Position numbers and translations under genes: made by a program. 64,000 nucleotides of DNA from Gemmatimonadota bacterium. Its GTDB lineage: Bacteria > Gemmatimonadota > Gemmatimonadetes > Gemmatimonadales > GWC2-71-9. Numbering within the stretch: the first letter of the stretch is position 1; each line of letters starts with the position of its first letter. The stretch spans positions 1-64,000 of the forward strand of contig JBDHDE010000009.1 of NCBI GenBank assembly GCA_039591655.1, read 5' to 3'. Shown here piece after piece: positions 38,104-46,780 of this stretch. The notes below the pieces were generated by a model. That model saw only the letters and a program-made list of their open reading frames with translations. It had not been told where the DNA came from and ran no database searches.

Positions 38104-39596
38104 GGACCCGTCCGGGGGTCGAGCCGGATCCCCAACTCCTCCCACATCGCGTCCACTCGGGCCTTGGTCTCCGGGTCCATCTCGATGCGCTCCGGCCACT
38201 CCCGCTCGAACCCTTCTTCCTTCCACTTCGTGGTGGCGTCGATCCCCATCTTGGAGCCGTAGGTGAAGGCACGGGAAGCGTGGTCCAGCACGTCGATGGG
38301 CCCCATGGTGAAGCGCACGTCCCGCTCGGGATCGATGTGGTTGAGCGCCACCCACCATGCTTCCTCGGGATCGCGCACGTTGACGTCCTTGTCCAGCACC
38401 ACGATCACCTTGGCCAGGGACATGAGGCCCATGCCCCACAGCCCGTTGATCACCTTCCATGCCTGTCCGGGATACTGCTTGTCGATGCTGACGAAGACGA
38501 GGTTGTGGAAGATCCCCGCCGCCGGCATGTGGTAGTCCACGATCTCGGGCACGTTGAGCTTCAGCAACGGCAGGAAGATCCGCTCGGTGGCGTGCCCCAG
38601 ATAGTAGTCCTCCATGGGAGGACGCCCGACGATGGTGGTGGGGTAGACCGGCGCGCTGCGCATGGTCACCGCCGTCACGTGCACCGCGGGGTAGTAGTCG
38701 GCGAGGGAGTAGAAGCCCGTGTGATCCCCGAACGGTCCCTCCATGACCAGGGGCTCCGCCGGGTCGATGTAGCCCTCGATCACGATCTCGGCCTGGGCCG
38801 GCACCAGGAGATCGCTGGTGACCGCTCGGGCCAGCCCCACCGGTCTCTTGCGCAGGAACCCGGCGAAGATGTACTCGTCGATGTTGGGCGGCAGCGGCGC
38901 CGAGGCGGAGTAGATGGACGGCGGATCGCCCCCCAGCGCGATGGCCACGGGCATGCGCTCGCCCCGGGCCGCCATCTCCCGCCAGTGGGCCGCACCCACC
39001 TTGTGGCGTTGCCAGTGCATGGCAAGGAGGTCCCGCCCCAGGACCTGGACCCGGTACATCCCCACGTTGCGCACACCCGTCCGGGGATCCCGTGTGATCA
39101 CCTGGGGCAGCGTGATGTAGGGGCCGCCATCCCTGGGCCAGCAGGTGATGATGGGGAGGCGGCCCAGATCCGCCTCGGTCCCCTGCCATACCACTTCCTG
39201 GCATGGCGGCCGGCCCGACACGGTGCGGGGCGGGTACTTGGCGATCTCGGCGACCTTGGGCAGCAGCGCCAGCTTCTCCCGCCAGCCCTCCGGGACCTTG
39301 AGCTTGATGAGGTCGGCGATCCGCGCCCCGATGTCGTCCAGTTGCTCCACGCCCAGCGCGCGGGCCATGCGCCGCTCCGACCCGAACAGGTTGATGGCCA
39401 GCGGCACCTCGCTGGTGGACCCGTTGGCCAGCACCGGCTGCTCGAACAGGAGCGCAGGTCCCCCGCCTGCGCTCTTGCTACAGCGATCGGTAATCTCCGC
39501 GATCTCGAGGTGCACGGACACCGGCCGCGCGACCCGCACTAGCTCCCCGGCCTCTTGCAGCACGGCCAGAAGCGCCTGGAGGTTGTCCAGCGTCAT
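38100..39596 (-). CDS. ubiD: UbiD-family decarboxylase (menaquinone biosynthesis type)
   Basis: RNVGMYR, EGPFGDHTGFY, GRPPMED, GSKMGIDAT. Confidence 0.93.
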   Translation of the reverse strand: MTLDNLQALLAVLQEAGELVRVARPVSVHLEIAEITDRCSKSAGGGPALLFEQPVLANGSTSEVPLAINLFGSERRMARALGVEQLDDIGARIADLIKLKVPEGWREKLALLPKVAEIAKYPPRTVSGRPPCQEVVWQGTEADLGRLPIITCWPRDGGPYITLPQVITRDPRTGVRNVGMYRVQVLGRDLLAMHWQRHKVGAAHWREMAARGERMPVAIALGGDPPSIYSASAPLPPNIDEYIFAGFLRKRPVGLARAVTSDLLVPAQAEIVIEGYIDPAEPLVMEGPFGDHTGFYSLADYYPAVHVTAVTMRSAPVYPTTIVGRPPMEDYYLGHATERIFLPLLKLNVPEIVDYHMPAAGIFHNLVFVSIDKQYPGQAWKVINGLWGMGLMSLAKVIVVLDKDVNVRDPEEAWWVALNHIDPERDVRFTMGPIDVLDHASRAFTYGSKMGIDATTKWKEEGFEREWPERIEMDPETKARVDAMWEELGIRLDPRTGP

Positions 39597-40321
39597 GCCC
39601 GCGCACCCCAGTAGATCCTGGCGATCCCGCAGGTGAGAGCCTCGTGGCCCACGTCGCGCATTCCGGCGGCGGCAATGAGCCCTCCGAGGGTCTCCGGCTC
39701 GGGAAGGCCCGCCACCGATGCTGGCAGGTAGCTGTAGGCACTCGTATGTTTTGACACCCAACGGCCGATCTGCGGGAGGACGCGCCGGAAGTAGAAGAGG
39801 TAGAGTGGACGCATGGGCCACATGGTCGGGGTCGCGAACTCGAGAATCACCAACCGTCCTCCCGGCTTGAGCACCCTGGCCATCTCCGCCAGCCCGGCAT
39901 CAGTGTCCGTCAGATTCCTCAGTCCGAACCCGATCGTCAGCCCGTCGAATGTCCTGTCGGCGAAGGGCAGCTCGAGGGCGTCGGCGCCCACCCCCCGGAG
40001 GCCCCCGGCCTTGCCCAGCCCGAGCTTGAGCATGGGCACCACGAAGTCGGCCCCCACGACCCGGCCTCGGAAGCCCCGACGCCTCGCCAGCTCCGCCGCG
40101 AGGTCGAGGGTCCCGGCGCAGAGGTCGAGGTAGGCGCCACCCGGCGCCGCCCGCCATTCCAGGCGGTCCACGGCCCGGCGCCGCCAGCGGCGGTCGATGT
40201 TGAGGCTCAGGACGTGGTTCAGCAAGTCGTAGCGCGGCGCGATTGCCGTAAACATGTCCCGCACGTACGACCGCTTGGAGTCGTCGCTGCGCGACCCGAC
40301 CTCCGGAGGGGTGAGCGCCAT
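39593..40321 (-). CDS. ubiE: ubiquinone/menaquinone C-methyltransferase
   Basis: MF..IAPRYDLLNHVLS, LDLCAGT, FGLRN, RVLKPGG. Confidence 0.93.
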   Translation of the reverse strand: MALTPPEVGSRSDDSKRSYVRDMFTAIAPRYDLLNHVLSLNIDRRWRRRAVDRLEWRAAPGGAYLDLCAGTLDLAAELARRRGFRGRVVGADFVVPMLKLGLGKAGGLRGVGADALELPFADRTFDGLTIGFGLRNLTDTDAGLAEMARVLKPGGRLVILEFATPTMWPMRPLYLFYFRRVLPQIGRWVSKHTSAYSYLPASVAGLPEPETLGGLIAAAGMRDVGHEALTCGIARIYWGARA

Positions 40322-40372
40322 AAGCGCGAAAAGTACTGGTGCGCTTGAACTTGCCGCAAGAACGGTGCAATC

Positions 40373-40399
40373 TGAAACCGTTTCCGGCCGCCAGGCGTA
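40373..40399 (+). promoter_or_regulatory. ECF (SigW-like) promoter upstream of the sigma gene
   Basis: TGAAAC-17 bp-CGTA. Confidence 0.5.
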
Positions 40400-40412
40400 A
40401 AGTAAGGGACCA

Positions 40413-41015
40413 ATGCACTACCTCCGCGACCTCTCCAGCGTCAGCGACCAGGAGGTGGTGGAGCGGGCAAGCGCCGGGGCAGAAGCCGCCTATCGGGAGC
40501 TCGTCCGCCGCTACCAGCGTCCCGTCTTCTCCCTCATCTACCGCATGGTGCGGGACCGGGAGCTGGCGGAGGATCTCACCCAGGAGACCTTCGTCAAGGT
40601 CCTGAACGCCATCGAACGCTACCGGCCCGAGTACAAGTTCTCCTCCTGGATCTTCAAGATCGCCAACAACGCCGCCATCGATCACCTGCGGCGGCGGGAG
40701 CTGGATACCCTCTCGCTCGAGGGCGGCCCCGACGCCACGACGCCCGACCGGATGCAGGCCACTTCGCTGCAGTTGGGAGACGTAACCGAGTCGCCCCTCG
40801 AGGAGCTCGAGGCTCGGGAGCTGGGCTCGCAGATCGAGCGCGCCATTGGCGCCCTCAGACCCGAGTACCGCTCCTGTATCATCATGCGACACGTCGAGGG
40901 CCGGGCGTACGATGAGATCGCCGAAATCCTCGACCTGCCGCTGGGGACAGTGAAGACCTATATCCACCGTGCCAGAGCGGAGTTACGTCACACATTGGAA
41001 CCGCTCAAGGAGTGA
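40413..41015 (+). CDS. ECF RNA polymerase sigma factor (SigW/RpoE-like)
   Basis: AEDLTQETF, FSSWIFKIANN, YDEIAEILDLPLGTVKTYIHRAR. Confidence 0.95.
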   Translation: MHYLRDLSSVSDQEVVERASAGAEAAYRELVRRYQRPVFSLIYRMVRDRELAEDLTQETFVKVLNAIERYRPEYKFSSWIFKIANNAAIDHLRRRELDTLSLEGGPDATTPDRMQATSLQLGDVTESPLEELEARELGSQIERAIGALRPEYRSCIIMRHVEGRAYDEIAEILDLPLGTVKTYIHRARAELRHTLEPLKE

Positions 41016-41038
41016 AACCCGGGGCCCGACGCTCCGTA
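41013..41038 (+). promoter_or_regulatory. second ECF (SigW-like) promoter upstream of the anti-sigma gene
   Basis: TGAAAC-16 bp-CGTA overlapping the sigma stop codon. Confidence 0.55.
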
Positions 41039-41050
41039 AGGGAGTGTGAG

Positions 41051-41578
41051 ATGAACGACCAGACGCCGAACGCACAGACGCCCGCGCAAGAGGACCCGGC
41101 AGTCCACCGGGCCCTCGCGACGTTACCCGCCTTCGGACCCGCAACGTGGTTCGAGGACCGGGTGATGTCCCGGGTGCGCCGGCCGCTGCCGCCCTGGCTC
41201 AAGCAGGCCCTGGCGGGCTGGCGTCACTACGTAGAGTCGGGACGGATCTACGGAGTGGTGGGCGCGCTGGCTGTCGGCAGCCTGCTTCCCGCGACGGCGG
41301 CGCTGCTCTTGGCTTCCACCTTCCGGGAGCAGATCGGTGACGGAGTCGCCTGGTTCTTCAGCGTGGGTGTCCCCTACGTGGGGGCCCACATCGCCGCCGA
41401 CGCGGCAGAGGTCGCTTCGGAGGTGAACACCATGGTGGGCGCGCTCTTCCCGAGCACCACCGTACTGGCGGCAGCCGCCGCCGGGTCCGTGGTGATGCTC
41501 GCCGGGTGTGCATGGGGTCTGTATCGCACGATGAACGTTCGAGGCGCCGTGAGGCTTTCGCGCTATGAGACGAATTAG
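41051..41578 (+). CDS. putative membrane anti-sigma factor
   Basis: Follows the ECF sigma; P..WFEDRVMSRV helix then TM segments; GGAG RBS. Confidence 0.65.
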   Translation: MNDQTPNAQTPAQEDPAVHRALATLPAFGPATWFEDRVMSRVRRPLPPWLKQALAGWRHYVESGRIYGVVGALAVGSLLPATAALLLASTFREQIGDGVAWFFSVGVPYVGAHIAADAAEVASEVNTMVGALFPSTTVLAAAAAGSVVMLAGCAWGLYRTMNVRGAVRLSRYETN

Positions 41579-42821
41579 ACAAGAGGTCCGGATGCTCGGG
41601 CTGGGGCTCATCGCCACCGGCCTGCTGGTCGCCGCCCCGACGGCCCGAGCGCAAGAGGTCGTGGGCCACAGGGCAGAGCGCTCCGACGAGGAAGCCACCC
41701 TCGTCTTCGAGCTCGCCGATGGCGATGCTCTGAGCATCACGCTGGCCGGCGGCTGGGTATGGCTCAACGGCGCCCAAGTGGGACGCTACCGCAGTGGCGG
41801 TGCGTTCGAGGCATCGTGGCGCTCGGCGGTCGAGCAGGGCGGCGGGGATGTGACGGCCGACCTTCTCGAGAGCGTGCAGCAACTCGAAGTGGCCGAGTTC
41901 CGGGAGTCCGAGATCGAGGGGATCGCGGCCGTTGCCGCCGCGGTCGAGAACCTCTTCATCGGAGAGGTGATCGTGCCCGAGATCGTCGCCGACACGGACC
42001 TCCATGGGGTCGGCATCGGCGCGGGGGACGCGGTCGGTGCGGCAATCGCGGAAGCCACTGCAGCCGCCGAGGCGGCCGCCCGAGTCATGGAGACCATCAG
42101 GGTCGAGGCGCCACCCGCCCCACCGCAGCGGTTCGTGGTCGTGAACCACTCGCCGTCGCTCGTCGGCGGCTGGGCCAGCGGCCTCTTGAGCCTCGTGGCT
42201 ACCTACCTCGGGCTCGCGTTCATGGGGCTGGGCTTCCTGTTTCTCGCGCCGCGGCAGCTGGAGACGGTGGGCGACACCGTGTGGCACTCATTCTGGCGCT
42301 CGTTCCTCGCGGGTCTCTTCGCCCAGCCGCTGCTACTGCCGGTCTTCGGCATGGTGATGGTGGGGCTCGCCCTCACGGTGGTAGGCGTCCTGGTGCTACC
42401 CTTCGCCGCCGCCGCGTTTGCCGTTGGGCTGTTCCTCGCGGTGACGGGCGGGTACATCGCGCTGGCCCGCACCGTGGGCGAGATCTACCTGAGGCGCAAG
42501 ATGGCCCGGGGTGAATCGGTGGCGACCTGGGGCTCGTTCCGGTACATCGTCTACGGGCTCTCGGGGCTCCTCGCCATCTGGCTGCCGGCGGTCGTCCTGG
42601 GGCCGGTGCGGGTAGCCGGTGAAGTCGCCCTGATCATCGCCATCGTCACCACGTGGGTGCTGGCCACTGCCGGCTTCGGCGCAGCCATTCTCTCCCGCGG
42701 AGGCGTGCGGGGCACGTTCGTGCGCCGTCTGGACCTGGCACTCACCGACGAGCAGTTCTGGACCACGGATCAGATGCCCGCGGACCAGCCGCGGGAGCGC
42801 ATCGCGCGCCGCCGGCCGTGA
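41565..42821 (+). CDS. hypothetical membrane protein (exported N-terminal domain plus multi-TM C-terminus)
   Basis: Signal peptide, about five TM helices, overlaps neighbours. Confidence 0.75.
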   Translation: MRRIRQEVRMLGLGLIATGLLVAAPTARAQEVVGHRAERSDEEATLVFELADGDALSITLAGGWVWLNGAQVGRYRSGGAFEASWRSAVEQGGGDVTADLLESVQQLEVAEFRESEIEGIAAVAAAVENLFIGEVIVPEIVADTDLHGVGIGAGDAVGAAIAEATAAAEAAARVMETIRVEAPPAPPQRFVVVNHSPSLVGGWASGLLSLVATYLGLAFMGLGFLFLAPRQLETVGDTVWHSFWRSFLAGLFAQPLLLPVFGMVMVGLALTVVGVLVLPFAAAAFAVGLFLAVTGGYIALARTVGEIYLRRKMARGESVATWGSFRYIVYGLSGLLAIWLPAVVLGPVRVAGEVALIIAIVTTWVLATAGFGAAILSRGGVRGTFVRRLDLALTDEQFWTTDQMPADQPRERIARRRP

Positions 42822-43699
42822 GAGCCACCCACCTGTTTCCACTCGTCGCGCTGGGCGTGCTGACGCTGGTCGGCGCACCTAACGTGTCCACGGCGCAGTC
42901 CTGGCATACTAAGTCCCTCAGCCGCCAGTACCGAGGTGAGCGGCACCTCACCGTAAGCGTGGAATTCGCCTCGGGCTCGTTCACCCTGCAGCCTACGGAG
43001 GGATCCGCGCTCTACCGTGCGGAGCTCAGGTACGACGAGGAGCACTTCGACCCGGTGGCCCGGTATGAGACCGCCTCGCAGGAGCTGCACCTCGGGGTCG
43101 ACGCCGACGAGATCGATCGTGACTTCGAGCTGAGCGACGAGTCACCGCAGTACCTCCACGTGGAGCTCTCCCCGGCCGTGCCCACGGAGCTCGACCTCGA
43201 GTTCGGCATTGCCAAGGCGCAGATCGATCTGGGTGGGCTGTCACTGCGGCGCGCGGCGGTGAAGACCGGGGCGAGCGAGAGCGTGGTCGCGTTCAGCGTT
43301 CCCAACCGCGTCGCGTGCGACAAGTTCTCCGTCGCGGTGGGAGCCGCCGAGATCCTGGTGGAAGGCTTGGGAAACGCCCGCTGCGGCGAGATTACAGTGG
43401 TGGGTGGCGCGGGAGCCATGACGCTCGACTTCACCGGAGCGTGGCAGCAAGAGGCGATGACCCGGGCCGTGCTCACGGTGGGCCTCGGTACGGTGACCCT
43501 CCGCCTGCCAGAGAACCTCGGGGTCGCGCTGGACCTCGACCGGCTCTTCGTCGGGTTCGAGGCCAACGGATTCACCAAGCGGGGCGATCGCTTCGTCTCG
43601 GCCCACGCCGAGGACGCGGAGCCCGCCCTGTTCCTGCACATCAGGGCGGCGCTGGGTGAGATCAGAGTCGAATGGGTGAGCCCGGAATCGGGCACCTAG
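42818..43699 (+). CDS. exported beta-rich protein (LiaF/DUF2154-like)
   Basis: Signal peptide; repeated beta-strand units (LDLEFG..A.IDLGGL; TLDFTG). Confidence 0.65.
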   Translation: MRATHLFPLVALGVLTLVGAPNVSTAQSWHTKSLSRQYRGERHLTVSVEFASGSFTLQPTEGSALYRAELRYDEEHFDPVARYETASQELHLGVDADEIDRDFELSDESPQYLHVELSPAVPTELDLEFGIAKAQIDLGGLSLRRAAVKTGASESVVAFSVPNRVACDKFSVAVGAAEILVEGLGNARCGEITVVGGAGAMTLDFTGAWQQEAMTRAVLTVGLGTVTLRLPENLGVALDLDRLFVGFEANGFTKRGDRFVSAHAEDAEPALFLHIRAALGEIRVEWVSPESGT

Positions 43700-43704
43700 C
43701 AGGT

Positions 43705-44457
43705 TCAGGACAACCGCTCCAGCCGCACCTCTCCTCCCACACCCGCACCTAGGGTCCGCGCCGCCGATCCATCCCGGACGGCGATCTCCACCGTTCCCCC
43801 CGAGCCCACAAACGCCACGAGCCCGCCGCGCTCCACGTCCCCAAAGGTGCGGCCCACGGTGACCGCGCTCCCGCCGAGGTGCAGGCGGTCGCCGCCGCTC
43901 AGCATCCACTCCGGGAAGTTGGTGACAAGGGTCCCGAAGCGGTCGACATAGATCACCTCACCCACCAGCGCCCCGTTCACCTCCCGAGGCGCCGGGAGCG
44001 GAAACCGGATGGCGTCGTCCACGGTGACGCCGAGGTCGGCTAGCCGCGCGCCCATCGCCAACCGCGCCGCCGCCGGTGCGAACACGTCGCGCCCGTGAAA
44101 TGTGGGCGAGGCGTCCCGGGGCACGGCGAGCTCCATCACGCGGGCGCCGTCCAAGACCGGTGTGAGGAGACCGTTGTCGGGGGCCACGAAGAACTGCCCG
44201 CCGGCACTCGCGGCGAGGGCGCGCCGGGCGGTGCCGACCTCCGGATCCACGACGGTCAGGTGCACCGTCCCGTTGGGGAAGCGACGCCACGATCGATCCA
44301 GGAGGTATTGGGCGGCCCTGATGTCTCCCGGCATCACCTCGTGCGTGATGTCCACCAGCACGGCGTCTGGCGCTCCCGCGAGAAGGGCCGCCTTCATCTC
44401 GGCGACGTACGAGTCGTGCGAGCCGAAGTCAGTAAGGAGGGTGATGATGGACGCCAT
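43705..44457 (-). CDS. SAM hydroxide adenosyltransferase / chlorinase family (DUF62)
   Basis: ITLLTDFG, VVDPEVGT, TFHGRDVFAP, VDRFG. Confidence 0.93.
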   Translation of the reverse strand: MASIITLLTDFGSHDSYVAEMKAALLAGAPDAVLVDITHEVMPGDIRAAQYLLDRSWRRFPNGTVHLTVVDPEVGTARRALAASAGGQFFVAPDNGLLTPVLDGARVMELAVPRDASPTFHGRDVFAPAAARLAMGARLADLGVTVDDAIRFPLPAPREVNGALVGEVIYVDRFGTLVTNFPEWMLSGGDRLHLGGSAVTVGRTFGDVERGGLVAFVGSGGTVEIAVRDGSAARTLGAGVGGEVRLERLS

Positions 44458-44483
44458 CAACCGCTCCGGGTAGGAACCGGGCT

Positions 44484-45569
44484 CTAGGTGATGATGGGCA
44501 GCGGAACGCGCTTCCCACCCGCACGCTCGATCACTGCCCGCGCAATGGCGGCCAACGCCCTGCCCGCGGGCGAGTCGGGTCGGCCGACCACTACCGGCTT
44601 GCCAGCATCCTGCTCTTGGGTCATCTCCGCCTGGAGCGGCACCTGGCCCAGCAGCGGCACATCCAGCTCGTCGGCGAGCCGCTGGCCGCCCCCGCCCGAG
44701 AAGACCTCGCTTCGCTCACCGCAGTGGGGGCAGTCGAAGTAGCTCATGTTCTCGACGATGCCGAGCACCGGCACGCCGACCCGCTCGAACATCTTAGCCC
44801 CACGCAGCGCATCGCCCGCCGCCATCTCCTGCGGCGTCGTGACGATGATCCCTCCCTGCATGTGCACCGCCTGCGCCAGGGAGAGCTGCGCGTCGCCGGT
44901 GCCGGGCGGGAGATCCACCAGGAAGAAGTCGAGCTGTCCCCACTCCACGTCGCTCAGAAACTGGTTGATGATCTTGGTCACGATCGGGCCGCGCCAGATG
45001 GCCGGCATGTCCCGCTCCACCAACAGCCCCAGGGAGATGAGCTTCACACCGTACTGCTCGAGGGGCACGATGCGGCCGTCCCGCACAGGGGGGCGGTCGT
45101 TCACCCCGAATAGGCGCGGGATATTGGGGCCGTACACGTCGGCGTCCATGAGCGCCACCTTCTTGCCCGCCCGGGCAAGCTCGGCCGCGACGTTGGCAGC
45201 CACGGTGGACTTCCCCACACCGCCCTTCCCGCTGGAGATCGCGAGCACCGCGCCGAGATCCGGCATCGCAGGCGGCGGGGGTGGCTCGGCCCGCGCCACC
45301 GGAGCCGTACCCGGCGGCGGGCCTCCAGCGGGTTCCACGACGTTGATCTTCACGTCGCTCACCCCCTCCACGTCACGAACCGCGCGGCGCGCCTCGCGCA
45401 CCAGGCTCGCCGGATCCTCTTGAGACAGCACGAAGGTGAACGACACGTGGCCGTCCTTCTCAACGGTGAGCTCCTGCACCATTCCCGCCGAGATGACGTC
45501 GTTGTTCACCCGCGGATTCCGTACGTTGGTCAGCGCGCCCGCCACGAGCGCTTCGAGTTGCTTGGTCAT
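44484..45569 (-). CDS. mrp: Mrp/NBP35 Fe-S carrier ATPase
   Basis: SGKGGVGKST, DADVYGP, WRGP, DLPPGTGD, CPHC. Confidence 0.94.
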   Translation of the reverse strand: MTKQLEALVAGALTNVRNPRVNNDVISAGMVQELTVEKDGHVSFTFVLSQEDPASLVREARRAVRDVEGVSDVKINVVEPAGGPPPGTAPVARAEPPPPPAMPDLGAVLAISSGKGGVGKSTVAANVAAELARAGKKVALMDADVYGPNIPRLFGVNDRPPVRDGRIVPLEQYGVKLISLGLLVERDMPAIWRGPIVTKIINQFLSDVEWGQLDFFLVDLPPGTGDAQLSLAQAVHMQGGIIVTTPQEMAAGDALRGAKMFERVGVPVLGIVENMSYFDCPHCGERSEVFSGGGGQRLADELDVPLLGQVPLQAEMTQEQDAGKPVVVGRPDSPAGRALAAIARAVIERAGGKRVPLPIIT

Positions 45570-46603
45570 GGTTGTGGAATGATAACCGACCTGGCGGCTG
45601 CGAGCACCCGCGCCTGGGCCTCGGCCAGGTCACCGTCGAGCGAGGCGCCGGCGGCCTTCCGATGCCCTCCACCCCCGAAGGACTCGGCGAGGCTCGCGAC
45701 GTCCACGTCCCCCACAGAGCGGAACGACACCTTCACACGTCCACTCGCGAGCTGGCGGAACAGGATCCCCAGGCGCACACCGTGGATCGAACGGGCAACC
45801 TCGACGATGCCGTCGAGGTCGGCGGCATCCACCGCGTGCCGCTCCAGAGCACCCGGGGGGATCGTCATCCAGGCGAGCCCGCGGTCCCGCTCCACGACCA
45901 GCGTCTCCAGGGTCTCGGCCAGGAGCCGCACCTTGCCCTCGGGCTCGCTGGAATAGACGTGACGGTAGATGTCCTCCGCGTCAAGGCCGTGCGCCAGGAG
46001 ATGGGCCGCGATCTGGAGCGTGCGGGGCGACGTGTTGCTGAACCGGAACCCCCCGGTGTCGGTCAGGATCGCCACGTACAGCGCCTGCGCCACCTCGACG
46101 CCCAACTCCCACCGCGCCGCCCGTGCCAGGTCGTACACCAACTCACCCGTGGCGCACGCGTCCGCATCCACCAGCCGCGGCCCCGCTGGTAGCTCGCCGT
46201 CGCTCACGTGATGATCGATACACGCCACCGGCACCGAGGTGGCTTCCACCACGCGCCCCAGGTGCCCGAGCCGGCCGACATCCGCGATGTCCAGCACCAC
46301 GATGGCGTCGGCGCGCTCGAGTTCCTTGACGGCCGCTGCAGTGCGGTCGGCGCCCGCCGCACCTGCAAGAAGGAACTGGTACCGCGCGGGGAAGGGCGTA
46401 GGGTTGGCGATCGCCGGCTTGATGCCCTGGCGGGTCAGCAGGTGCCACAGCGCCACCTCGCTACCCGTGCCGTCACCATCGGCATTGACGTGGGTGGTCA
46501 GCGCGACCCGCATCCCGGGCTCCACCATCTGGAGCACGTGCCTGGCCGCGCGACGCCGCGCTCCCGGCACGCTCACGCGGCTCTTATCTGGAGTCTTGCT
46601 CAC
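45566..46603 (-). CDS. nrnA: DHH phosphoesterase (NrnA-like)
   Basis: H.NADGD, IDHH, TDTGGF, GGGGHRKAAG. Confidence 0.88.
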   Translation of the reverse strand: MSKTPDKSRVSVPGARRRAARHVLQMVEPGMRVALTTHVNADGDGTGSEVALWHLLTRQGIKPAIANPTPFPARYQFLLAGAAGADRTAAAVKELERADAIVVLDIADVGRLGHLGRVVEATSVPVACIDHHVSDGELPAGPRLVDADACATGELVYDLARAARWELGVEVAQALYVAILTDTGGFRFSNTSPRTLQIAAHLLAHGLDAEDIYRHVYSSEPEGKVRLLAETLETLVVERDRGLAWMTIPPGALERHAVDAADLDGIVEVARSIHGVRLGILFRQLASGRVKVSFRSVGDVDVASLAESFGGGGHRKAAGASLDGDLAEAQARVLAAARSVIIPQP

Positions 46604-46780
46604 CGTCTCGCGCCTCGGCCACCGTTACCGTTCGAACCATTGGACCGGGGCGGGTTAGCCCCGAGGATAACATTGTAGCGGATCGCCCCGGTGCCCCGCT
46701 ACGGCAGGATGGACACGGCCTTGCCGCTCAGGGGCCCCCTGCCCATTATGACAGGCCTCGTACCCGCCAAGAAGACGAAT

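Noticed and set aside
40347..40375. sigmaE-type promoter GAACTT...TCTGA
   Set aside because: The spacer is 18 bp rather than the usual 16.
43705..44457. Halogenase (fluorinase/chlorinase) biosynthetic cluster
   Set aside because: Housekeeping context and an HGRD motif fit the widespread DUF62 SAM hydrolases.
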